Positions 1 to 11,578 of a stretch of DNA of 64,000 nucleotides are shown here, piece after piece. Source of the DNA: Octopus vulgaris (Eukaryota); contig OX597814.1 in NCBI GenBank assembly GCA_951406725.2, forward strand, positions 150,350,001-150,414,000. Reading direction: 5' to 3'. Position numbers and translations under genes: made by a program. The first letter of the stretch is position 1. The number at the start of each line of letters is the position of its first letter. Below the pieces are notes generated by a model, which saw only the letters and a list, made by a program, of their open reading frames with translations, had not been told where the DNA came from and ran no database searches.

Positions 1-66
1 AAATATATTTTACGGTCGACAAATCAAGGTGACGATAATAATCTCATTTAAATAGGGAAAATTCGT

Positions 67-270
67 GATCTTTTCACTTAGACCGGCAGATTTAAAAAAT
101 TATTTTTGTAACTAAACACTTTTAAACTTTGTATACTAGTAGAATGTGTCACATAAATCATTTTTTCTCTTGGCCTTCTTGAGAAAATTCTGTAGTTTGT
201 AAGCTATTTGTTGTTAAATTTCTCGTATTTCGGCAATTTCAACCAATCAATGACGTCTATTGAGGTGAGT
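67..270 (+). mobile_element. truncated relative of the 45967-46409 TIR element
   Basis: Colinear with 45968-46168 (GATCTTTTC..GGCAG; GTAGAATGTGT; TTGAGAAAATTCT; CAATTTCAACCAATCA.TGACGTCTATTGAGGT). No right TIR found. Confidence 0.75.
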
Positions 271-654
271 ACAATTACTGCTGTTGTTTGTCAACAACAA
301 CTTCCGGCGGTGTATATTTCGGTTGTCACTCTTATTTATAAGCCAGATATTCTTATTCTGGGCGCATCCACGCAGTTGTTTGACCGGCTAGACATAATAG
401 CTACATTTCCCTAAATTGCAAGCTACTCTCTTAGTAAAGGAAGCGTATATTGAAAAATATAATCTCTCGTATACCAAACGATAAGTTTGTTACGGCTGAA
501 AGATTTTTAAACCAAAGGTCTGTATGTTGGAAACTGATCAGGAGTTAAACAATAACAACAAAAACGACGGCGAAGATGACGATAATGACATTAATTGTAG
601 TAGCAGTAACAACAGAACAGACCTCATGTAGATGTCAGTATTAACATATTGGTT

Positions 655-874
655 TTAGATTTTGCGCAAGCACAACAATTTTTTGGGAGTGGATAAGTCG
701 ATTACATCGACCTCAGTACTCAACTGGTACTTATTTTGTCGAAATAAAAAGAATGAAAGGCAAAGTCGACCTCGGCGGAATTTGAACTCAGAACGTAGTA
801 AAGACGGATGAAATACTGCTAAGTTGTTCGACTAAACGATTCTGCAAGTAACGATTCTATAAGTTCGTCGCCTT
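655..874 (-). mobile_element. SINE family B
   Basis: Reverse complement of the family B core (GAAAGGCAAAGTCGACCTCGGCGGAATTTGAACTCAG). Confidence 0.8.
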
Positions 875-980
875 AGTTAGTATTATTAATACATTAAAAA
901 ATAAACAACAAAAAACAAGGAAAATGAAGCAGCTAAGTTGAAAAACTGTGTAGTGAAGAAAAACAATATTACTAAATATA

Positions 981-1364
981 GGCGCAGGAGTGACTGTTTG
1001 GTAAGTAGCTTGCTTAAGAACCACATGGTTCCGGGTTCACTCCCACTGCGTGGCACCTTGGGTAAGTGTCATCTACTATAGCCTCGAGTCGACCAAAGCC
1101 TTGTGAGTGGATTTGGTAGACTGAAACTGAAAGAAGCTCGTCATATATATGTACATATATATGTATGTGTCTGTGTTTGTCATCGCTTGACAACTGACGC
1201 TGGTGTGTTTACGTATCCGTAACACTAGCGCTTCGGCAAAAGAGACCGATAGAATAAGTAGTAGGCTTCCAAAGAATAAGTCCTGGGAGCGATTTGCTCG
1301 ACTAAAGGCGGTGCTCCAGCATGGCCACAGTCAAATGACTGAAACAAGTAAAAGAGTAAAAGAG
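981..1364 (+). mobile_element. tRNA-derived SINE, family A
   Basis: tRNA-like head with A/B boxes (TGGTAAG..GGTTCACTCCC), internal TA/TG tract and GTAAAAGA tail. Homologous copies at 17281 and 43740. Confidence 0.85.
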
Positions 1365-1956
1365 TAAATGACTGATATAATTTCAATTAACGCTAGGCAA
1401 TTTCGGAGATGTTTCGTTAGTATTACAACCCCATTAGTTGAAGATAGACAGAAACGTACAATTGTTTGGAAATATTCATAAAAATAATCATATTTTACCT
1501 GAAATAGGCATTTCTTCGTCGTTATTGTAGTAAACGTCGTCGCTCTCACCATCAGCACAATCTTTCGTCATTTGGAAGGCTGTTTGATATAGACTCAAGG
1601 AAACAAAAGACGTCATTACACTTTGAGCATATTTATGACTTTCAGACCAGGTGTATTTCTATAGAATTTAATTACGTTTCTTCCAGCATATTTATATATA
1701 CAGCAATATAAATGTAGTATGGCAAAAAGGTTTTTAAAATTAATAGTAATCTCATTATATTTTATACATTTCTTGCTAGCTAATTTTTAAACTTGTTCTC
1801 AATTTCCTGCAAAAGCCATTTTGCTTAACTTGTATCCTTCATTATTTTGGAAAATCTTTGAACGGTACAGTTTATCACCAGGAAATGTGTTGAACTGCAT
1901 AACTTACCCCTCCTGGAAAACAGTATTTTGCTCCGTTAAAGCAAACACACACATTT

Positions 1957-2022
<66 letters not shown>

Positions 2023-2785
2023 ACTCATACACACACGCATTCACAAATACACACATAACAAAGAATCCTTACATGTCTAATGAACCAATTTATTTTTATA
2101 CAATTGACGGTACCGTACTCGTTTGTTCTATATTTAAAGTTCTATACATTCTTAAACTTTAAAAAATAATCCTTAAGGTTCCTTACAACAATTTTTCCAT
2201 TATTTTTTCCACTACATAGACTATAAATTTTTGTTGTAATTACTGTTGTTGTTGTTGTTGGCGTTAGTGGTGCTGTTGCAGTTTTTCCAGTGATGCTTTC
2301 ATATAAGTTGGACAAACCTACAACATAAAAGTAGTTTTTTGGCGGTCCGTTTCCAGATTTCATCTTCTCTTTGGCGGCGCGCTGACAGAGTTGTTAGATC
2401 GTCGAAGAAAATGCCAAACCGTATTTTTTACCTTCTGATGCCAAATTCTGCCGCGGTCAACGTTGCCTTTCATTCTGTAGAGATCGATAAAATGAAACAC
2501 AAATTAAATACCGCAGTCTACAGTACTCCCGCCCTTGTGCCTCAATAAGAAACCATCATCAAATGGCACACAAGACCGACAGCAACAACATAAACAGCTG
2601 CAACAATAAAACAAGATCCACTATAACAACAACAACAACAATAACCACTGATCTTGAATTGCATAAACTCTCAGAAGGACAGTAACGAATATATTGAGTT
2701 CATTCAGGATGTATTCGAATTAACCCCTCTCCCGAAATTGCTGACCTTGTGTCAACATTTGATACCAATATTTTTCTCGTTGAGG

Positions 2786-3390
2786 TGGCGAGCTGGCAAA
2801 ATCGTTAGCACACCGGGCGAAATGCTTAGCGGTATTTCGTTTGCCGTTACGTTGTCAGTTCAAATTCCGCCGAGGTCGACTTTGCCTTTCATCCTTTCGG
2901 GGTCGATAAATTAAGTACCAGTTATGCACTGGGGTCGATGTCATCGACTTAATACCTATGTCTGTCCATGTTTTTCCCCTCTATGTTTAGCCCCTCGTGG
3001 GTAGTAAAGTAATAGGTATTTCGCCGGCCGCCACGTTCTGAGTTCAAATTCCGCCGAGGTCGACTTTGTCTTTCATCCTTTCGGGGTCGATAAATTAAGT
3101 ACCAGTTATGCACTGGGGTCGATTTAATCGACTTAATAACTTTTTCTGTCCTTGTTTGTCCCCTCTATGTTTAGCCCCCTGTGGGTAATAAAGAAATAAG
3201 AAACGTTAGCACGTCGAGCAAGATTATTATCGGTATTTCGGCTGCTTTTACGTTTTGAGTTCAAATTGCATTGAGTTTGCATTGCTTTGCATCATTTCAG
3301 AGTGGATAAAATAAGTACCAGTTGAGCACTGGCGTCGGTTTAATCGACTTGGCCCGTCCCCTTGTCTCATGTGCCAAAAATTGAAAGCTT
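2786..3390 (+). mobile_element. SINE family B, tandem trimer
   Basis: Head GGCGAGCTGGCA..GTTCAAATTCC and core GCCTTTCATCCTTTCGGGGTCGATAAA.TAAGTACCAG occur three times. The third unit is degenerate. Confidence 0.85.
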
Positions 3391-3599
3391 TTTTTATTAT
3401 TATTGTTGTTGTTGCTTCTATTGATAAAGCGATGATAGAACCGTTACTACGCTGGACAAAATAAGCTGCATTTATTCTGACTTTAAATTCTGCATTCAAT
3501 CTCACTCGATGTCGACTCTGCTTTTGATCCTTTCGAGGTCGATGAAATAAGTACTATTTGAGTACCGAGGTAATACCTATAGTAGAAATGATTGGGAAG

Positions 3600-4300
3600 T
3601 GGATGCTGCCAGTACGAGATAAACTGTATAGGCACGGATGTGTTGCCAGATGGTCTTGTCCGAGGTGTCTGTTTTGCACGGACTCGTTCAGTGTCCGGGC
3701 TTTATTGACTTGTGGGATTATGTCGAACTGCTACTGTCGCGTGTAAGTAGGATCTATCTATCGGCCGAGTCCATAGTGATGAACGCCCCACTGATTTTTT
3801 TTTAATCAGGTCGATAAAGCAGTTTTCCTTTGCCTGGTGGATGTGGCAAAAGAGGTTGAAAAATTGAAAGGACAAATACATTTTTCTTTGGTAGAGCCCT
3901 CATCAACTTTTTCAAGTTTCATTTGAAAAGGAAAGTGAGGGTGGAAAGGGAGGTGCTGCCCGCGATAGATTTTTTTGAAAGATGGGTGAAAGTAGCGAAA
4001 AAGACAAGAGTGGATGGTACCACTCTATGTGTAGAACTGTGAGTCGAAAAAAGGGAGATCTTGGATGGTGGGGTTCCTCGATTACCCCTAGACGTTCTCC
4101 TGTAACAGGGGACCACATCACTAACATCCTATTTTTTACTGTTCTAAAGTATGCATGCTTTCCTTCTTTGTTTCATTGTATACCATGTATACTTTTCAAT
4201 TTCTTGCTTTATTTCTTTTTATAATTTCATTCTATATAAACTCCAACACATTATGTCTATCTTTGAATTGCCTCCTTATCCTTCGCCCAGGTAGAAAATA
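3600..4300 (+). mobile_element. L1/Tx1-like LINE 3' end fragment
   Basis: LPVRDKLYRHG..CPRC resembles the ORF2 C-terminal zinc-knuckle region. It is followed by degenerate coding sequence, a pyrimidine-rich 3' UTR-like segment and a (TTA)n tract. Confidence 0.55.
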
Positions 4301-4306
4301 TAAGAA

Positions 4307-4368
<62 letters not shown>

Positions 4369-4385
4369 CATCATCATCATTATTA
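4307..4385. repeat. (TTA)n/(TCA)n microsatellite
   Basis: Directly visible. Source of the poly-Leu and poly-Asn ORFs. Confidence 0.95.
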
Positions 4386-4700
4386 AGGCAGCAAGCTGAC
4401 AAGATCGTTAGCACACCGGTCAAATGCTTAGCGGCATTTCGTTCGTCCTTACGTTCTGAGTTCAAATTCCACCAAGGTTGATATTGCCGTTCATCCTTTT
4501 GGGGGTCGATAAATTAAGTACCAGTGAAACCCTAGGGTTATGTAATTGACTTATCCTTTCCCCACTTCAAATTTCAAGCCATGTGCCATTTAATAGAAAG
4601 GATTATTATTTTTATCATTAAGGCGATGAGCTGATAGAACCGTTAGCACGCCGGACAAAATGGTTAGAGGCATTTTGTCTGATCGTACGTTCTGAATTTA
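4386..4700 (+). mobile_element. SINE family B copy plus a second head fragment
   Basis: GGCAGCAAGCTGAC..GTTCAAATTCC..GGTCGATAAATTAAGTACCAG, with a second head at 4621. Confidence 0.75.
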
Positions 4701-5286
4701 TCACTGTTGTTGTTGCTTTGCTAAGACGAATAGTGGAGTATCATCCCTGCCTAAACAATAATGATTAGAACTCAAAACTATAAGTGAATAAAATATTTGT
4801 TAGTTATAGATTGCGACTACAAGTTATGGTCGCGTATAGTTCCACTCAGTAGCACGTATTTGCAGTTTCTCGTATTGGACTATACAGATATTGTTTTCAG
4901 AAATCAGCATATGAAATCATATGGATTTTTTTCCACATCAACCTTTGTGTTTTAACAATATAAATTGCATGAAAAAATTGGATTTTGCGATCGATAATGT
5001 TTAACGTTCGTTCATTATCCTCACATGACGACAAGAAACCAAATTTGTTTTACTGGCCGGTGTTTTAAGTATTTTATTTTGTTTTTCCTTTTTGTAACCA
5101 TGATTTTGGAAAGAATGGAAGAGAATGGTTGCAGCAATAAAACTAAAGAATTTTGGAAATAATAATAAAAAAAAAACCCTGCTATTTTACGGTAAGATTC
5201 TGTATTGCAGAGAATAATACAATTACCGTGAGAAATTTTTACTTCGTAAAACGTATTTTTCAGTCAACATACTCATGCATATGGAT

Positions 5287-5668
5287 GGAAGCACTCCGTC
5301 GGCTACGACGACGAGGGTCCCGGTTGATCCGAACAACGGAACAGCCTGCTCGTGAAGTTAATGTGTAAGTGGCTGAGCACTCCACAGACACGTGTACCCT
5401 TAACGTAGTTCTCGGGGATATTCAGCGTGACACAGAGAATGACAAGGCCGGCCCTTTGAAATACAGGTACAACAGAAACAGGAAGTAAGAGTGAGAGAAA
5501 GTTGTGGTGAAAGAGTACAGCAGGGATCACCACCATCCCTGCCGGAGCCTCGTGGAGCTTTAGGTGTTTTCGCTCAATAAACACTCACAACGCCCGGTCT
5601 GGGAATCGAAACCGCGATCCTACGACCGCGAGTCTGCTGCCCTAACCACTGGGCCATTGCGCCTCCAC
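5287..5668 (-). mobile_element. tRNA-derived SINE, family C
   Basis: Head GTGGAGGCGCAATGGCCCAGTGGTTAG..GGTTTCGATTCCC and tail CGTCGTAGCCGACGGAGTGCTTCC. Near-identical copy at 6464-6803. Confidence 0.85.
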
Positions 5669-5994
5669 AACATATACACAACATATAACACACACCGAAT
5701 ATATATAGGGATGTGCGTGTGTGTGTATGTATGTATGTATGTATGTATGTATGTATGTATGTATGTATGTATGTATGCATGTATGTAAGCATGTAAGTAT
5801 GTATAGATTAGTTACATGATTCATTAGAATCTAGGGTCATCAACATATAGGGCGCCAGAAATGGCTAGGGCGAATAACAGAGTTCGCAGTCAGGTAAAAC
5901 AGACATGAAAGTATCATATGTTGGCAGGATACTGTAGATATGTAAGTACCAAATCCAATTTAAACCGTTGGCCCGACTCAGGGCTGGTTATATG

Positions 5995-6082
<88 letters not shown>

Positions 6083-6176
6083 TGTATGTATGTATGTATG
6101 TTATGTATGTATGTATGTATGTATGTATGTGTGTATGTATATATATATAATAATATATATGTGTGTGTGTGTGTGT

Positions 6177-6389
6177 GTGGAGAAACGTGGGTTAGGGTTA
6201 TGGTGTCAGCATCATGATCGTAAGATTGTGGTTTCGATTCCTAGACCGGGCGATGCGTTGTGTTCTTGAGCAAAACACTTCATTTCACGCTGCTCCAGTC
6301 CACTCAGCTGGGGAACACATACGCCATTGAAACCGGGAAACGGGGCCTATGAGCCTGGCTAGGCTTTAAAAGGGCGCATTTATTTATTT

Positions 6390-6393
<4 letters not shown>
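6177..6393 (+). mobile_element. SINE family D, internally deleted
   Basis: Matches the 45688 copy but lacks the segment between two CAGCTGG repeats. Confidence 0.8.
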
Positions 6394-6463
<70 letters not shown>

Positions 6464-6465
<2 letters not shown>

Positions 6466-6803
6466 AAGCACTCCGTCGGTTACGACGATGAGGGTTCTGG
6501 TTGATCCGACCAACGGAACAGCCTGCTCGTGAAATTAACGTGTAAGTGGCTGAGCACTCCACAGACACGTGTACCCTTAACGTAGTTCTCGGGGATATTC
6601 AGCATGACACAGAGAGTGACAAGGCCGGCCTTTTGAAATACAGCTACAACAGAAACAGGAAGAAAGAGTGAGAGAAACTTGTGGTGAAAGAGTACAGCAG
6701 GGATCACCACCATCCCCTGTCGGGGCCTCGTGGAGCTTTAGGTGTTTTCGCTCAATAAACACTCACAACGCCCGGTCTAACCACTGGGCCATTGCGCCTC
6801 CAC
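6464..6803 (-). mobile_element. SINE family C with a deletion in the tRNA head
   Basis: Colinear with 5287-5668 but lacks the B-box segment between CCCGGTCT and AACCACTGGG. Confidence 0.85.
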
Positions 6804-6935
6804 TACATATATATATATATATGTATCAAATGAAATAAATGAAAAACAGGACGCAAAGGATTTTGCGGTACATATGTTTCGGGTAATCCTTTGCATATAC
6901 AGGTGCTTACAGTTATCAAGTATTCACCCTGAATT

Positions 6936-6977
<42 letters not shown>

Positions 6978-7193
6978 TGCGAATATTGGTTATGTACGCC
7001 AGAAGTTTGCAACGAAGGAACATAAACTTAGGCTCAGTTCGAATGCACAACTTTGGCACATATATTTTGTTACTAGCAGCATAGCCCGCCGTTGCCCGGG
7101 TATGTAAGAGCCCCTAGTAGGCAACGACTAATCCTAATCTAGTCCTTTCCCTCTAGGGAACGAAGGCGCATGTGTAGGTTCCGATGTCTTCTT

Positions 7194-10100
7194 TCACTCG
7201 AATACTTCTGTGTATACGATGTTCCTAGCTGTCCCTTTGGCGAAAACATGAAAACATCATTGCGCCTCCCAACGCGTGAACAGCCCACGTAGAGTTGACC
7301 GTGGGCGAAGCACTGTTCGCCCAAATGTAACCCAGCGACTTGTAGCGTTTGGCCTTGGGATTTATTGATGGACATTGTGAAGCAGAGTTTAACAGGAAAC
7401 TGAGAACGCCTGAAGTCGATTGGTAGGTCAGCGCCCGACGGTTGAAGGTGCATGCGTGGAATGAAGACGTCCTCTCCCTTCCCACAAACGGTAAGTATTG
7501 TGGCCGTTATTAAATGTGGTGCCAAATGTTTCACAACCAGACGTGTGCCGTTGCACTGTTTAGGTGGAACCAAATTCCTGATGAGCATAATGGGCGCACC
7601 GACTTTTAACTTCAGGATGTGTAGCGGCAGGCCTGGCGGTTCAAGTGAATAAAGGAATTCAACAGGATAATCGGCAAGCTCGGCGAGGTCTGCTGTCCTA
7701 TCTATAGATTTGTAGACGTGGACATCACTAGGAATAGCTTCAAGTAGCTGGATATTGATGGAGTTGACGGTTGTATTTTTGGTGCGAGAATTGTTTTGTA
7801 GGTCGTGGAAGACAGCGTCCCGGAGTCTAGCAGGGGTGTCAACAGTGGTGCAAAGTGAGTCCAATTGAACGCAGCCATCCGCATCAGCTAGCATCCTATT
7901 TTCACCGAGCGATAAAATGCAGCGGATCCGCTGTCACCAATCAACTGCGCGCGCATGTTAGTTTGGAGGTGCAAGGGCCGCACATGTGCCCAAAGAGCTG
8001 ACGACTTAAGGCACGCGCGCACGGCATCGGCACAGGTTCCTTTTGGAATAACAGGTAGAGTCTGCCTGAAGTCTCCTGAAAGAAGTAAAGTCAATCCTCC
8101 CATGGGGGCCGTAGAGTCTCTGATGTCTTGCAGGGACCTGTCCAGTGCCTCAAGGGCGCCTTTGTGTGCCATAGTGCACTCGTCCCATATGATGAGTTTG
8201 CATCTGCCTGTTCTGAGTTCTTGGCGACGCTGCAGATAGGTGACTCGGACTTTGCCAGATCGAGCGGGAGTCTGAAGGCAGAGTGGGCCGTTCTGCCACC
8301 CGGAAGCAACATGGCCGCGATAGCAGAGGAAGCTACAGCCAGGGCAATGTCCGTGTTGCGTCTGACCTCCGCCAGAATTAGTTTCGTGACGAAGGTTTTG
8401 CCAGTGCCGCCAGGTGCGTCAAGGAAGTAAATCCCCCCACGTTGCTGTCTGACAGAGTCTACGATGGTGTTGTAGGCTATGCGCTGGTCTGGAAGCAGTC
8501 ATGGTTCATTATCTTGGACGTACTGGTGCAGTTCCTCAATGCCGTAGGAAGTTTCGCGTAACAATTCAGCAGACATAACATTGGCGTGTTCACGTGTGGG
8601 TGGTGGAAGGCCGTACTCCGTTAAAGCAGATCCACCCATATCGATGACAGCGTCTTCGAGTTGAATAAGCGCAAAATTGTAAATGAAGTTGGTGAACGTG
8701 ATCTCGGCGGAAGAGCAGTGTTACTGAGCCGTACGTAAGAAGTCCTGCGACATGTCATCTCTGTATTTCATCCAGAGACTTAGTGGGTCACTAAGCTGAT
8801 ATTTTTGAAGAAGGATTGCGAAAAGATGTCGTAGGGCCGAAGGCGTTTGCAGTAAAGCGCCCTCTGCCATAGTGGCGTCCCACTGGGAGTCATCCTCTAG
8901 AAGGCCAAGTCTCATACATGCTTCCCTGAAGGTGTCGCACAGAACACCATTGACGGTACGTATATTGCCGAAACCTGTTGGACCAGTGACCTCATGTAGA
9001 AGGAGACGGAGGTAGAAGCATTCTTGCTGGTTTGGCGGGATGTTGTAAACTCGACCCAGGCATGAATATCTTCGACAGGAGAGGAAAGTAGGGGACAATG
9101 TAGCTGTTGTCCACTTGATGTCGCCCAACCGTAATCGTGTACAGCGGATACTCATCGCCGCCTGTTTGAGTCTCCAAAGTGAACCGTTTAGGGAATCCCT
9201 TTGAGCAGGCTAATCCGTTTTTGCAGCATGGTGTGTTGGCGTAATTTGGTCGAAAGGGCCCGTGTACCATGGTAGTGCGGACAATTTCGTACAGTTTGGG
9301 TTCCTCATCGGGGTCAGGAATCTCGGCGGAAATGAATTTGTCAATGTCATTAGTCTCGATTTTATTAGTTAGCCAAATTAAGATGTGAACATGTGGCAAG
9401 CCCTTCTTTTGCCACTCGACCGAAAGCATGTGGCACCTGATATGCCCGAAAATCTGACCCTTAACTATCAAATCCATCATTTTGCCCAAATTCAAACGGA
9501 AAACCCTAGCAACGATGTCGTGTCGATGGGTGTGAGACTGACCCGGGATGAGTTCGCGAGTGATTTCGTCGCAGTTGGGATTGCACGTGTAGGTGATAAA
9601 GAGGTCCGGCCGGCCGTAAATGCGCACGTAGGTCAAGGCGTCTTGGGTCCTTTCACGCATATATCGCGGTCCTCCCGTGAAGGTGGAGGGTAGAATGCAT
9701 GGCTTGCCGATGTTGCGAGGGTTATTTTCTTATTGCAAGCCGTCACGGAGATGAATGTAGGAGTCGGAGCGAAGTTTGGTCTGATTAAGTTTAATGTATA
9801 GCAGCCTTTCCGATTCCATTTTGGCGGCCATGTCGACGGCGAACTGGTTGAATAGCTGACGACGACGGGGCAATAAGTTGAACTCACCCTCCCTGACCAT
9901 GAACCGGTATGAGTAGAACGCCTTACAGGAAACCGTCTTTGATGCCGCAGTAGTTTGATTGGAGGGCTGCCGTAAAGGAATTCCGAAGTGGTAGCCGTCT
10001 TCCCCATAAGGGAAAAGCAATGGATACTGAAGCGCGTCATAAGATCTGTGAGTCTCGCTGATCCTGCGTAGGGTGTTACCACGGGAGGAGATGATTATGT

Positions 10101-11578
10101 CACGGCTGTTATGTTGCTCTCTGTGTATGACTGCGGCAATTTCGTTGCACGCATGTGCGTTGAAACGGCGTTCGTGCTCCCCGTGGGGTCATTTATCAGC
10201 ATCAATGACAAAGGTGAAGTTTGGAGACGGAGCACTGTCCAAGGCATACCTGAAACTGCAGACGTAGCTGTTGATATCATGAAGCATGGTTGGGAGATGG
10301 AGAAGAACGTCTTTGCTGGGGACATAGCATGTACCCGGTATTATTCCAAGGCGTGCATCAACCTGCTGGTTGTAGTCGGCAATAAAGTAAATTTGGAGGA
10401 AAGAAGACTGCTGAATCTCGTCTGGCAGAAGTGACCTAATAAGATGGTAGACCTGTCTCTGCACTTTGAAAGTAGGCATCCAGCCTTCTCTAGGAGGAAT
10501 TTTGGCCCCTAAAGAGGTCATTTGGAATGAGCAGTTGTACTTTCGAATGATTTCAAGGAATTGTGACGATTCGGGGGTTAAACCCGCCGCGAGATCCTTC
10601 AGTGGTTGAGGTGGTTCCCGTAGGGGTGGCAAGTCCACTTTGCCATCAGAGCAGCACAAACCAGGTGGCTCTCCGGGCCATTTCTTGGCTTTGCAAAACT
10701 GGCATACAATTGTCATTGACCCTATCTTGATGTCGTCACGCAAGGAGAAGTTAATTGTGGCGTCGTAGTTGAGTGCTAGTGACGACCAGAAAGCGGGGGC
10801 AGGGGTACGTACACCACGAATGATATCCCGACGTTGGTTGATACTCTCAAGTCGAGTGCGCCGTGCCTCAGCAGATTGCGATGCGCGTGCGACAGCGGTA
10901 GCAGTGGCATCCCTTGAAAGCCTTTCAGCTCTCGCCTCAGCATCCTCTGTAGCCCTAGCAGAAGCAGTGTTAATGGCATCTCTGGTTGTCCGAATAGTTC
11001 GTTGGTCTGGAGTTTCGGCATATCGAGCCATGGCTGTGTTTGCGGCGTCAGCAGCTTGGCGAGCTCTCTTCTGTTGAGGTGTTTCGGCAGATCGGGCCAT
11101 GGCTGTGTTTGCGGCGTCAGCAGCTTGGCGAGCTCTCTTCTGTTGAGGTGTTCCGGCAGATCGGGCCATGGCTGTGTTTGCGGCGTCAGCAGCTTGGCGA
11201 GTTCTCCTCTGCTGTGAGGTTTCGACAGATCGTGTCCTGGCGGTGCTAGCGGCGTTAGCCGCATTCTGAATGGCCCTTTGTTCGGGGTTCTCGCGCGCTC
11301 TGCGGATGGAATCACAGGAAGAAGCCCGCATGTTTTGACTGGACTGTTGCTCTTTCGTCAACCTCGAGCGGAGGGAAGATCTGTACGCTGCAGCCCTTGC
11401 AAGTCGGGTAGAACGGTCGCTAGTAGTTTCAGATGCCTGAGCAGCGGGCAGAACGGGAAGCTTTTTGCGAGAGGCGCAAGGCGGTTTCCTCGTGGGTCTC
11501 GCATGCCCTTCTAGCCCTAGCAGCCGCTGCCTTGGCCATCCGAGGGCTGAGGAGGGTCCTTCTCTTCTTGGGTGGCAT
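7194..11578 (-). pseudogene. Helitron Rep-Helicase (HUH endonuclease + PIF1-family helicase), frameshifted and internally deleted
   Basis: Motifs across several frames: start MPPKKRR (ATG at 11578); zinc motif CQFCKAKKWPGEPPGLCCSDG; Rep motif I GRPDLFITYTCNP; motif II VEWQKKGLPHVHILIW; Walker A FLDAPGGTGKT (~8395-8428); HSAFRLP; Walker B IIWDE; GDFRQTLPV; QFPVKLCFTMSINKSQGQT; HGQLYVGCSRV; end RNIVYTEVFE*. Confidence 0.93.
11027..11233 (-). repeat. 69-bp coding tandem repeat (23 aa) in the Helitron N-terminus
   Basis: GCCATGGCTGTGTTTGCGGCGTCAGCAGCTTGGCGAG recurs at 11027, 11096 and 11165. It encodes ETPQQKRARQAADAANTAMARSA-type units, with diverged units on both sides. Confidence 0.95.

Noticed and set aside
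5590-5668. tRNA-like sequences with A/B boxes (also at 981, 45688 and 61000)
   Set aside because: These are SINE heads continuous with SINE bodies and tails, not tRNA genes.
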